Assembly: GCA_965202805.1 (NCBI GenBank)
Contig: OZ241869.1
Coordinates: 1,536,001-1,600,000, forward strand
DNA: 64,000 nucleotides
From: Longimicrobiales bacterium
GTDB taxonomy: Bacteria; Gemmatimonadota; Gemmatimonadetes; Longimicrobiales; Gaopeijiaceae
Reading direction: 5' to 3'
The number at the start of each line of letters is the position of its first letter. The stretch's first letter is position 1. The notes under the pieces are model-generated. The model searched no databases. It saw nothing but the letters and a program-made list of their open reading frames with translations, and was not told the DNA's origin. A program made the translations under genes and the position numbers. Below, in pieces: positions 37,201 through 43,921 of this stretch.

Positions 37201-38562
37201 CTTCGGCCCCCCATCCTCCGAGGTGGCGTCGGCGGGTTCGTGCCCTTCCAGGAGGATGTGAGCGTTCGTCCCGGACCACCCGAAGCCACTCACCCCGGCC
37301 CGCGGGGGCCGGCCCGAACGAAGCGGCCACTCCATCCGGTCTCCCGTCACCCGCAGGAGAATCCGATCCCAGTCGATCTGCGGGCTCGGATTATGGAAGT
37401 GCAGGTGTTTCGGGATCGTTCGCCGTCCCATGGAAAGGACGGCCTTGATCACTCCCGCCACGCCCGCGGCCGCCTCCAGGTGGCCGATGTTCGTCTTCAC
37501 CGAGCCGATCAGGACCGGGCGCTCCTGTTCCCGTCCCCTGCCGTAGGCGGTTGCCGTCGCGCGGGCCTCGATGGGGTCCCCGACTTCCGTTCCCGTGCCA
37601 TGCGCCTCCACGTAGTCCACATCCGAAGGCTGGAGTCCCGCCCGCAGGAGCGCGTCCTCGATGCAACGTTCCTGCGCGTCCTGGCTCGGCACCGTCAGGC
37701 CCGGGGTCGCGCCGTCCTGATTCACCGCGGTGCCGCGGATCACGGCCCAGATCCGGTCGCCGTCGGCCACGGCCTCGCTGAGCCGCTTCAGGACCAGGAT
37801 GCCGCACCCTTCTCCTCGCACATAGCCGTTCGCCCCCGCGTCGAAGGTGGCGCACCGTCCATCCGGCGACAGCATCCCGGCGTTTGCGCGCATTTCGAAC
37901 AGTTGGGCCGACAGGATCGCATGCACGCCACCCGCCAGCGCCAGGTCCGCCTCCTGCCGTTGCAGCCCCGACACGGCCTGATGAATCGCCACCAGCGACG
38001 AGGAGCAGGCGGTGTCGAGGGCCATCGCCGGACCGTTCAGCCCCAATGCGAAGGCAACCCGCCCGATGGCGGTGTTGAAGGATGTTCCCGTGACCGAGTA
38101 GAGGCTCGCGGCCGGTTCCGTCGGTTGGCCCGCGTCGAGGACCAGCGCCCGGTAGTCGTAGTTGCTGATGCCCGCATATACACCGGTGCGGCTGCCCTTC
38201 AGCCGATCCGGATCGATCCCGGCATCCTCGAGCGCCTGCCAGCTCGTCTCGAGCATCATGCGCTGCTGCGGATCCAGGCGTTGCGCTTCGACCGGGGAGA
38301 TACGGAAGAACGAGGCGTCGAACTCGTCAAGTCGGTCGAGGAAGCCGGCAAACCGGCACCCCCTGGCAACCTTGTCGTCGGAAAAGAGCTGTCCCGCACG
38401 CCCGGCTCCGGAACCCGGAACCCCCTCGGTGACCGCGTTTACGCCGGCTTCGAGCAGATCCCAGAACTCGGGAACACCGGGTGCACCGGGAAATCGGCAG
38501 GCCATCCCGACAATCGCAATGGGCTCCGAGTCATTGGGGGGCATTGCTACCTCGTCCGCCAC
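28258..38562 (-). CDS. Type I polyketide/fatty-acid synthase KS-AT-DH-cMT-ER-KR-ACP-KS-AT(inactive), SupA-like
   Basis: KS DTACSSS/HGTGT/GHLEAAAG; AT GHSLG, YHS; DH HRVFDRVVAPG; MT LEVGAGIG, ANVLHAT; ER LIHAGAGGVG; KR VTGGLGGIG; ACP FFDLGMDSL; KS2 NCAAS/HGAGS/GHLESAAG; AT2 GRGVG. Alternative start ATG 38544. Confidence 0.93.
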   Translation of the reverse strand: MADEVAMPPNDSEPIAIVGMACRFPGAPGVPEFWDLLEAGVNAVTEGVPGSGAGRAGQLFSDDKVARGCRFAGFLDRLDEFDASFFRISPVEAQRLDPQQRMMLETSWQALEDAGIDPDRLKGSRTGVYAGISNYDYRALVLDAGQPTEPAASLYSVTGTSFNTAIGRVAFALGLNGPAMALDTACSSSLVAIHQAVSGLQRQEADLALAGGVHAILSAQLFEMRANAGMLSPDGRCATFDAGANGYVRGEGCGILVLKRLSEAVADGDRIWAVIRGTAVNQDGATPGLTVPSQDAQERCIEDALLRAGLQPSDVDYVEAHGTGTEVGDPIEARATATAYGRGREQERPVLIGSVKTNIGHLEAAAGVAGVIKAVLSMGRRTIPKHLHFHNPSPQIDWDRILLRVTGDRMEWPLRSGRPPRAGVSGFGWSGTNAHILLEGHEPADATSEDGGPKGRRWPVGSALPVPVPPVSLAEERTHALPLPASREGKLSARVTRILPLSAKSEEALRELAGRYLDWVDAGVGKASAMSGADEALLADMAWTAGVGRSHFDRRAGVLFRDGASLREELRTLVSAEERPRTESRPRAGGKIAFACTGQASQWPGMGAGLHASEPVVRAVLDRCDEVLRGERDASLLDVMFGRPAAAGDLDDPQWKQPAIYALECALAALWSSLGIRPDVVLGHSLGEIAAAHTAGVFGLEDGLRLAAARGELVGALPGEGAMAAVFAPATHVADALDEHNAACRGVGLCIAADNGAHQVISGPAAEVAAILERLEAAGIRVARLRKSPAYHSAMIEPALDDLEEALSRVAFAPPSLPFISNLTGRTVGSGEALDAAYWRRQMRAPVAFRACVETLAGLGVDAVVEIGPHAVLGPMTTLAWPASAGTPEPPVALSSLKRPGRNVSATEAEDAFFAAVAEAYDAGLPLCFDGLFAGESRRRISLPGYPFRRDRHWIDAPGRRRSSADHPLLGSRHESASGEISFDTELFPSDPAWLGDHRVFDRVVAPGALFGAMAASACTVEDPGPVVVEDFQMQSALVFPETGDADGSGEEGRRLQLLLDGGGDGGSRRVRILSRAPDEEWTLHAEGRVSTSSGSDLPPVDGSPDPARLRSNLAPVDLGPYYRAKAEVGIDLGPSFRTLEALWAGPGEALGAVSLPDSADSSGMAFHPLVLDGCFQVMGAARGTVASDEDVTYLPFGWERLSVPERLPERVLCHVRMRGSPESAGSEPPEVLSADITLCDLGGSPIGTLNGYTVKRATRSALLPAVEGLEELLYEVVWRDRVLPPGMPAADFLPSPSAAASRSRAFSGYLADEGVEVADETDLQGVMERVSWCYALSALETLGWERRAGAVVDPEELCVRLEVLPEHTNLLRRMLAILARSGVLQAKDEGFVVTIGADEPLPDQMPPDVEAFLSETEGRFPHATNEIGLFRRCAGALPEVLRGNADPLSLLFGDAEPTAADLYRRAAVWRAANRMLGEVVRTLLDESPEGRRLRVLEVGAGIGSATEYVLPELPAGRFDYMYTDISAGFFAEAEERFSAEDASIDYRVLDIEKDPVDQGFEAHGYDLVIAANVLHATRHLDETLAHCRTLLAPSGLLLALENQRGRGWMDLIFGQLDGWWRFDDRYRADHALAGPEVWRRALADTGFAESEVLGLDLEEVAGLPDRGVIVAQGPAEIALPEGVWVLAADRGGVAAELAAQLAAQNQRVVLAGDDPEAATPAAESEAAIIAAPVDIERRESWRSLIEGLPSDVPFAGAVHLVAQDGHGAAATTADIAADARRASASALALVQGITDADAVPGKGVWLVTRGAQVLERERTGQLAGTPLWGFGKVVSREAPQMQPRMIDLDPEAAQPHAVLADEVLFPDAENHIAHRQGRRQAARLVRAGAGVERLALPEDADWVLAPGEGGAIEALGIEPLSPRALAPKEVRVEVEACGLNFLDVFRAMGLVEEEGSLGEELCGRIVEIGADVTTFVVGDRVAGFAFGTFGPEVVTREELVALAPPDVSATALATIPSVFVTCVLSYELAGLKAGDRVLIHAGAGGVGLAAIQLAQAAGAEVFATASARKRDHLRSMGVEHVFDSRSTAFGQGILDATGGAGVDVVLNSLTGEGFIEASLACLAEGGRFVELARRDILSEDEMAALRPDVAYAILDLYTLKQKDPAGPGAALNGVLARIATGELAPLRHTIWPFAETSAAMGYMRAARHIGKIVLTAPPLRTGRLRRDGTYLVTGGLGGIGLALAEWLAERGAGSVVLNGRRSPDAAAEEMIEALRARGFRIEVEIADVTDTAALDAMLERIDGTLSPLAGVIHGVGVLSDAALGNQSWESFETVLWPKMLGAWHLHRATMERDLDMFVLFSSVAGVLGNPGQANHAAANAFLDQLAAHRRAVGLPGQAIAWGAWSELGEAEEQRERIAGRREASGTGWFTPEQGFMVFERLLRQDATGAVVAAVDWPVFGESIGGRPPLLEDLLAVAGDDDGPSLSEDLLAQLATTPAAQRESLLVSFLQGEVQAVLRLPTPPAPTVGFFDLGMDSLMAVELRNRLNRSFSERYVAPNTLVFDYPTIDDLAGHLVDALAESATVPEPVPIPEPVSAPEPTSGPAPPPPREDDGIAIVGMACRFPGAPDLRAFWSQLEAGQEAVTSGRQDNGSWAGIAGDPAAGDNAWGRGGFVEGIDRFDARFFGMTPIGTRLMDPQQRLLLETSWRAFEDAGIDLESLRGSNTGVYAGIATSEYRDLMMLAGGQDLNYLGTASSMALGGIAYKLGLMGPTMPVVLNCAASLVAVHHAVAALRQGEVDLALVGGVNAIFSLGLTREMVELGMLSPEGRCKTFDASANGSVRSEGCGMVVLKRLREAEADGDRIWGVVRGTAVNQNGATAGPTVPNGRAQQRVIGEALERAGVAPGEVDYLEAHGAGSTLGDPIEVQSAAAVYGEGREPSRPLLIGSVKTNIGHLESAAGIAGLIKIMLSMKRGVIPKHLHFRRPNEHVDWNALPVRVTSEATRWPRDPDRPRRAGVSAFGISGTNAHVVVEGYEPPDDTSHATDAPGAPAGPAQTVGIPIPEPLTVQPPASGDVNPRVVRILPISGKTDEALRELAKRYLAWLDARARDLDAERGAADSLLSDMAWTAGVGRDHFPHRAGIVFHDAGSLLEGLRAVARSDGAMSSRAAATTPKLTFSYASGSGEWAGTAKTLYRTEPVVRAILDRCDEVFRDQLRGITLRDLVFGQATGKAEAIDPAWSQPATFALECAVTALWASVGIRPHVVSGRGVGVLAAAWSAGVLGLEDGLRFASALGMDVMEAAFPEIALSSPSLAILSQVSGRAVGPAEALDVAYWREQARTAKVARATTRGLADLDVDLVLEIGAGPVPGPVPLKDWPNGAGRAPGTFEQWVARAYEAGLPVSFTGLFAGEARRRISVPGYPFQRERYWFEPNT

Positions 38563-38568
38563 AGCCCG

Positions 38569-40932
38569 TCACCACGAAAGCGTCTTAGAATATTTCACCG
38601 AGAACGCCCGCCCCGACGACAGCGGGGTACGCGGAATCATGTTCCGGTCCCGCTCCATGTGAAGGCCCTCGCTGTATACGACCCAGAGATCGGTGCCTTC
38701 GCTGAAGTGATAGCGAATGCGCGTGTTGATGCTGGTGAGGTCGTCCACGCCGTTGTACTGCGTGTACGTGCTCAGAGAAAGATGGGTGTCCAGCGCCAGC
38801 TCCACCTTGAGTTGCGCCAAATGCGTCGTGGTGGCCAGATCGCGCTCCGGAAAATCGATCCGATTGATGGAGTACGCCATCCCGAGCTCGAGATGCCCGG
38901 AGACATTCCACACGGGCCCGGCCGATACACCGATCCGGCTTCCGTCGTAGAAGGTGCCGGCTGAAGCCGTGAACCTGCCGCGGAAATCGTCGCTGCGAGA
39001 CAGCATGAAGTTGGCCGCAAACTCGTGAAACCAGTATTCACCCGCCGCGACTTCCACGTCGGAAATGGGGAACGGATCGCGCACGCTTTCGAACTGCGAC
39101 CTGACACCCACATCGAGCCTGGCTCCGCCCTTGAACTGGACCTCCGCCCTGGGATATACCTCCCTCGATTCCGGCGTTCCGTCCGAATTGCGGGTGAACT
39201 GCCTGGCGGTCAGCCGCACGCCCCGCCTGCGAAACATCGAGCTGGCGTCCATATACTCGCCGTATGCGAATTCCAGGCCGCCAAGGTTGAAGCCCGTGCG
39301 CCGCTGGAATCCGAGGCCGGGCCTGTAGTCGGATCCCGCTCGGACGGCATCGGCTGAGTAGGTGAATCCCACGTCGCGACGCCGCTCCCAGCGGGCCCGC
39401 ATCAGCCCGGTCTCCAGGCCGGTGGCGTCCGTCGTCGCCTCGTCGAAGGTCTGCGCCCATTGCAGCAGGGCGTACTCGTCGCCGGCCACCCGCACCGACG
39501 CGTCCAGTCCGTACGCGACGTTGTCCCCGCCGTGCGAACCCAACCGGCTGGTGACCATCGCGCCGACGGTCGAGTAGGGGTTCAGGACCTGCTGGCGCAG
39601 ACGCACCACGCCCATGTTCTCGGAAGACAGGCTGCCGTGCGCCCCGGTCTGCATGTTCAGGAGCCCGTAGTCCGTGTTCCCGATCCGCCCAACCGCGCGC
39701 ACGCCCCCGTAGATCTTCACGATCTCGCCCTCGTGAAGCCCGATCTGCCGGCTGTGGAAGAGCCGGTTGAAGGGCCCGCCGGTGTTGAAGTCGAAGGTTG
39801 CGGAGCGCTCCTGGAAGAACTGGCGCTTTTCGGGAATGAACAGGGGAAAGCGCTCGATGTTGATCTGGGCGCTATCGGCCTCCACCTGTGCGAAATCGGT
39901 GTTGGCGGTGAGGTTCAGCGCCAGGTTGGAGGTAGGAGAATACTTGATGTCGAGTCCCGCTTCACGGGTGCCGTCCTGTTCGGCATCCCACACCGAATCC
40001 GGGCCCCGGGGGCCGTCCGCGAGCTTCGGGGTCCGGCGCACGCCGCCCAGCACATAGGGCGTCGCGTAGACGGGAGTTTGCTGTCGCACGTTCTGGAGGG
40101 CGATGCGCTGAGCCTGGGAGGGCTTCACGAAGGCCACCCCGCCCCAACCCGGATCGATGTCCGGGAAGAGGTGGCGCTCGTCCTTGCGCGCGATCATCCG
40201 GTAGATGATCAGGCCCATCGTCACCTCCTCGCCCAGCACCTGGAAACCCAGGGTGGAGAAGGGAATCCGGAACTCGGCGAACCAGCCCTCGCCGGTTCGG
40301 CTGGTCGCCACATCCCAGTACGAGTTCCAGTCGCCATTCATGGGCAGTCCGCCGCCGACCGTAAACTGGGCATCGTTGTAGACCGTGCGGTCCACGCGCG
40401 TCCCCGCCGGATTGGTCAGGAACATGACGGCGGTCTCATAGTCATTGTAGCTGTCGACGATGATCGCCAGGGCGTCGTCCCCGCTGTACCGGTCGCGGTA
40501 GAAGGTGTTGGCGCGGATGCCGTCCGGATCGGAGTCGTACATGCGACCCGACACGTAGAGGAAGCGGTCATCGTGGGCGATGCGAACCTCGCTCGGCTCC
40601 GTGATGGGGCCATGGTACGTGGGGGCGAACACGATCATCGGGACGGGCTCCACGGCCTCCCATGCCGCCTCGTCCACGATCCCATCCAACTCGATGGGCC
40701 CCGAGATACGGGGAATGATCATGGGGATGGTCCGGGAGTCACCCGGGGACGGGTCGGGTCCGGCCTGCGGCACCTGCCCGCTCAGGGGCGACGGCCGGAG
40801 CCAGGACACCGCGAGAAGCAATGCCACGATGAAAGGGCCGGCGACCAGGCTCGGCACATCCACGCGGGATGCCCCGGCGAGGGGGCGGGCATCGCCGTCA
40901 CCCGCCGGCGTGAAGGAAACTGTAGCCCCCAT
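38569..40932 (-). CDS. CBM9-like/DUF5916 family exported or outer-membrane protein
   Basis: IELDGIVDEAAW, WFAEFRIPFSTL, NLTANTDFAQVEAD, FPLFIPEKRQFFQE, LFHSRQIG; C-terminal aromatic residue; ends 6 bp before the PKS start. Confidence 0.8.
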   Translation of the reverse strand: MGATVSFTPAGDGDARPLAGASRVDVPSLVAGPFIVALLLAVSWLRPSPLSGQVPQAGPDPSPGDSRTIPMIIPRISGPIELDGIVDEAAWEAVEPVPMIVFAPTYHGPITEPSEVRIAHDDRFLYVSGRMYDSDPDGIRANTFYRDRYSGDDALAIIVDSYNDYETAVMFLTNPAGTRVDRTVYNDAQFTVGGGLPMNGDWNSYWDVATSRTGEGWFAEFRIPFSTLGFQVLGEEVTMGLIIYRMIARKDERHLFPDIDPGWGGVAFVKPSQAQRIALQNVRQQTPVYATPYVLGGVRRTPKLADGPRGPDSVWDAEQDGTREAGLDIKYSPTSNLALNLTANTDFAQVEADSAQINIERFPLFIPEKRQFFQERSATFDFNTGGPFNRLFHSRQIGLHEGEIVKIYGGVRAVGRIGNTDYGLLNMQTGAHGSLSSENMGVVRLRQQVLNPYSTVGAMVTSRLGSHGGDNVAYGLDASVRVAGDEYALLQWAQTFDEATTDATGLETGLMRARWERRRDVGFTYSADAVRAGSDYRPGLGFQRRTGFNLGGLEFAYGEYMDASSMFRRRGVRLTARQFTRNSDGTPESREVYPRAEVQFKGGARLDVGVRSQFESVRDPFPISDVEVAAGEYWFHEFAANFMLSRSDDFRGRFTASAGTFYDGSRIGVSAGPVWNVSGHLELGMAYSINRIDFPERDLATTTHLAQLKVELALDTHLSLSTYTQYNGVDDLTSINTRIRYHFSEGTDLWVVYSEGLHMERDRNMIPRTPLSSGRAFSVKYSKTLSW

Positions 40933-41087
40933 CTGTCGTCCTCGTTTACCTTCGGCTGTCACCGAACCCGGTCAACGCTCTGCTCTCCGAGGGTTTTCCG
41001 CAACCCGCCGGGGCACGGCTTCCGGGGAACGCGTCCGATGTCCGCAGCGTCCCGGGAACAAATGATTCCCGGCACCCGGGCTTCTGC

Positions 41088-41116
41088 TTGCCGCCGGTGT
41101 AGCGGCCTTGTAGTAT
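41088..41116 (+). promoter_or_regulatory. Sigma70-like promoter upstream of the small ORF and NCS2 permease
   Basis: TTGCCG-N17-TAGTAT. Confidence 0.5.
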
Positions 41117-41247
41117 TCTTGCAGCCGCTCCATTGGGGGAGCGGCGGGGCCGCTGGGGAATCGCTCAGATGGCGTTCTCCGACGGACCGCGGGCGCGGGC
41201 CCGCCGGCGTTCGGCCCGAGGTCGACTCATGAAAAGGAGGTGATCAA

Positions 41248-41301
41248 TTGTCTAGTCCAAGTACTCTGTTCAGCCTGGCATGGGCAAGCGATCGCCGTTA
41301 G
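41248..41301 (+). CDS. Candidate 17-aa small protein MSSPSTLFSLAWASDRR
   Basis: Preceded by AAAGGAGGTGATC (full complement of the 16S 3' end), TTG start, TAG stop, then a 13-bp hairpin. Confidence 0.5.
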   Translation: MSSPSTLFSLAWASDRR

Positions 41302-41364
41302 CCGAGTGATCGTATCTGTTCCGGCCAGCGGCCATCGTGCCGGGCTGAGCAGAAAACGCAGGGA

Positions 41365-41398
41365 GAAGGCGCCGCCGGATCGTTTCGGCGGCGCCTTC
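41365..41398 (+). terminator. Strong hairpin (terminator or attenuator)
   Basis: GAAGGCGCCGCCG-N8-CGGCGGCGCCTTC, perfect 13-bp stem; only a weak U tract. Confidence 0.6.
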
Positions 41399-41487
41399 GT
41401 CGTGGTCGCGCGGTGCAGCCGCTCACTGCCGGCGCGGCTATCCCCGTATCCGGACCAGCGCGGACGGCACTGGTTCGGTCCAGCCCG

Positions 41488-43251
41488 GTGAGCGGCCGCA
41501 GTCCCGGCGGCGAACCCTCGCTTCGCTACCAGGCCGACGAGAAACCCCCGCTTCGGCTCGCGCTCGGGGTCGGCCTGCAGCTCGCGGTGCTCAACATGGC
41601 CGCGGTGATGTTGATCCCCATGGTCGTGATGCGGGCCGCGGGCATGAGCGACGCCTACCTCTCCTGGGCCGTGCTCGCGTCGGTGACCATCTGCGGCATG
41701 GCGACCATGCTGCAGGCGCGGCGCGCGGGACGCATCGGCATGGGGCACGTGATGGTCATGGGGACTTCCGGCGCGTTCATCCCGGCATCCATCATGGCGC
41801 TCGACCAGGGCGGCCCTGCCCTGCTCGCCACCCTGGTCGCGATCTCCGCGCTGGTCCCGCTTCTCCTTTCGTGGCGGCTTTCCCTCTTCCAGCGCGTCCT
41901 GACGCCCGCGGTCTCGGGCACCGTGATCATGCTCATTCCGGTCACGGTCATGCCGTTCGTCTCGAACCTCCTGGCCGGCTCGTCCGGGGCGGGCTCCCCT
42001 CCCGGCGCGCCGATCAGCTTCCTCGCGACCGTCCTGATCATCGGAGTCCTCGCGCTCAAGGCGAGCGGAGCATTGCGGCTCTGGGCGCCCGTGATCGGCG
42101 TGGTGCTGGGTTCGGTAATCGCCGCCGCGTACGGCCTCTACGACCTGGAGCGCGTCGCCGCAGCCCCCTGGGTCGATCTCCCGCGAATCCAGGCGCCCGG
42201 TCTCGACCTCGGCTTCGACGCAACCTTCTGGACGCTCCTTCCTTCGTTCCTGCTCGTGGCCGTGATCGCCGCCATCCGCACGATGAGCAGCGCGGTGGCG
42301 GTCCAGCGCGTCTCGTGGCGCCGCAGGAGCCGCGCGGTCGACTTCCGCGCCGTACAGGGCGCCATGGCGGTGGACGGAGTGGGCAACCTGCTCGCAGGCC
42401 TCGCCGGGACCGTCCCCGGCAGCGCGACAACCACGAGCGTGCCCCTGACGCAGCTTACCGGGGTGGCGGCGCGCGCGGTCGGGGTAGTGGCGGGGGCGGC
42501 CTTCATCGCCTTCGCGTTCCTGCCGAAGCCCTTCGCGGCCGTGCTGGCCATCCCCGATCCGGTCTTCGCCGGCTATCTGGCCATCCTCCTCGCGATGCTG
42601 TTCGCGATCGGCATGAAGATCGTGCTGCAGGGCGGCCTGGGATACCGCGAAGGCCTGGTCGTCGGCATCGCCTTCCTGGCCGGGGTCGGCTTTCAGTACG
42701 GCCTGATCTTCCCGCAGGAGGCGTCCCGATTCGCGGGCGGGCTGCTTGAGAACGGCATGAATGCCGGCGGTTTCAGCGCCATCCTCATGACGCTCTTCCT
42801 CCGCTTCACGGAGCCCCGTCCGAGCCGCATCGAAACCGGGCTCGGCAGCGCCGAACTACCGACGATCCGGACGTTCCTGAGCGATTTCGCATCGCGTAGC
42901 GGATGGGGCAGGGCGATGGCCGAACGGCTCGAGGCCGCCGCCGAGGAGGCGTTGCTCACGCTGGCGCGGGGGGAGGATTCCGCTCGGGAGCGGGACGCTG
43001 GTCAACGGCGCCTCCTGCTTTCGGCGCACCGGAAGAAGGGCGGGGCCGTGCTCGAGTTCGTCGTCGGCCCCGGGACCGAGAACCTGCAGGACCGGATTGC
43101 ACTGCTCGGCGACGACTCCGACGAAGCCTCCCTGGAGCAGGAGGTGTCGCTGCGCCTGCTCCGCCATCTGGCCTCTTCGGTTCGCCATCAGCAGTACCAC
43201 GACACGGATATCATCACGGTTCGCGTGGAAACTCCGCGCGAGTCCGCCTGA
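41488..43251 (+). CDS. NCS2 (xanthine/uracil permease-like) transporter with C-terminal degenerate HATPase-like domain
   Basis: LRYQADEKPP..LALGVGLQ, many TM helices, DGVGNLLAGLAG; soluble tail EAAAEEALLTL...EVSLRLLRHLASSVRHQQY. Confidence 0.75.
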   Translation: MSGRSPGGEPSLRYQADEKPPLRLALGVGLQLAVLNMAAVMLIPMVVMRAAGMSDAYLSWAVLASVTICGMATMLQARRAGRIGMGHVMVMGTSGAFIPASIMALDQGGPALLATLVAISALVPLLLSWRLSLFQRVLTPAVSGTVIMLIPVTVMPFVSNLLAGSSGAGSPPGAPISFLATVLIIGVLALKASGALRLWAPVIGVVLGSVIAAAYGLYDLERVAAAPWVDLPRIQAPGLDLGFDATFWTLLPSFLLVAVIAAIRTMSSAVAVQRVSWRRRSRAVDFRAVQGAMAVDGVGNLLAGLAGTVPGSATTTSVPLTQLTGVAARAVGVVAGAAFIAFAFLPKPFAAVLAIPDPVFAGYLAILLAMLFAIGMKIVLQGGLGYREGLVVGIAFLAGVGFQYGLIFPQEASRFAGGLLENGMNAGGFSAILMTLFLRFTEPRPSRIETGLGSAELPTIRTFLSDFASRSGWGRAMAERLEAAAEEALLTLARGEDSARERDAGQRRLLLSAHRKKGGAVLEFVVGPGTENLQDRIALLGDDSDEASLEQEVSLRLLRHLASSVRHQQYHDTDIITVRVETPRESA

Positions 43252-43335
43252 CGGCTGGTCGCGAGGAGGCGGCGCCCGACTTCTTCGGGACCGGATCGCA
43301 GGAACATCTTCAACTCAACCCACGGGAGATAAGAC

Positions 43336-43749
43336 ATGCACGACGTCAACCTGCTCGCGGTGCTGGTCGCCGGGCTCGTCCCGATGATCGTCGGCTCGCT
43401 CTGGTACGGCCCGCTCTTCGGCAAGCGCTGGATGGCGCTGATGGAGACGACGCCCGAGGAGATTCGGGAAGGCTTCAATCCGCTCAGGACCTACGGCATC
43501 AGCTTCCTGCTCTCGCTGGTCACGGCCTTCATCCTGGCCCAGTTGATCGCCGAAGTCGCGCCCGGGAGCGCATCCGCGATGGCCGGGGTCCACGTGGGGC
43601 TGATGGCGCTGGTCGCGTTCGTTCTTCCGGTGGCGCACCAGGGGGTCGCCTTCGAGAGACGCAAGGCGGGGCTCGCGTGGCTGAACGTCGCCTACAACGG
43701 GGTGGCGCTCATCGGACAGGCGGTTGTCCTCGCCCTGTGGGGCGCGTAA
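43336..43749 (+). CDS. DUF1761 family small membrane protein
   Basis: VNLLAVLVA...GSLWYGPLFGKRW, four TM segments; GGGAG RBS. Confidence 0.8.
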   Translation: MHDVNLLAVLVAGLVPMIVGSLWYGPLFGKRWMALMETTPEEIREGFNPLRTYGISFLLSLVTAFILAQLIAEVAPGSASAMAGVHVGLMALVAFVLPVAHQGVAFERRKAGLAWLNVAYNGVALIGQAVVLALWGA

Positions 43750-43826
43750 CCGACCTCGGCGTTGCGAAGTTCCGGCGCGGCCCCCGACGAGTTCGCGCAC
43801 GCGCTGCGGGGCAGGCCGGGCCATCC

Positions 43827-43854
43827 ATTACACAAATTACGTATTTTGTGTAAT
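43827..43854. other. 28-bp AT-rich near-perfect palindrome (11-6-11); dif/Xer-like site or orphan operator
   Basis: ATTACACAAAT-TACGTA-TTTTGTGTAAT between convergent genes. Confidence 0.5.
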
Positions 43855-43921
43855 CTGCCGCCACGGCACCGGAGCACCGGGCTCGCGTGGCCGAACACCG
43901 GTAACGGGCCTGGCGCGTTTC

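Noticed and set aside
41232..41245. AAAGGAGGTGATC as a 16S rRNA 3'-end fragment
   Set aside because: The match stops after GATC (no CAGCC continuation), so it is better read as a Shine-Dalgarno sequence.
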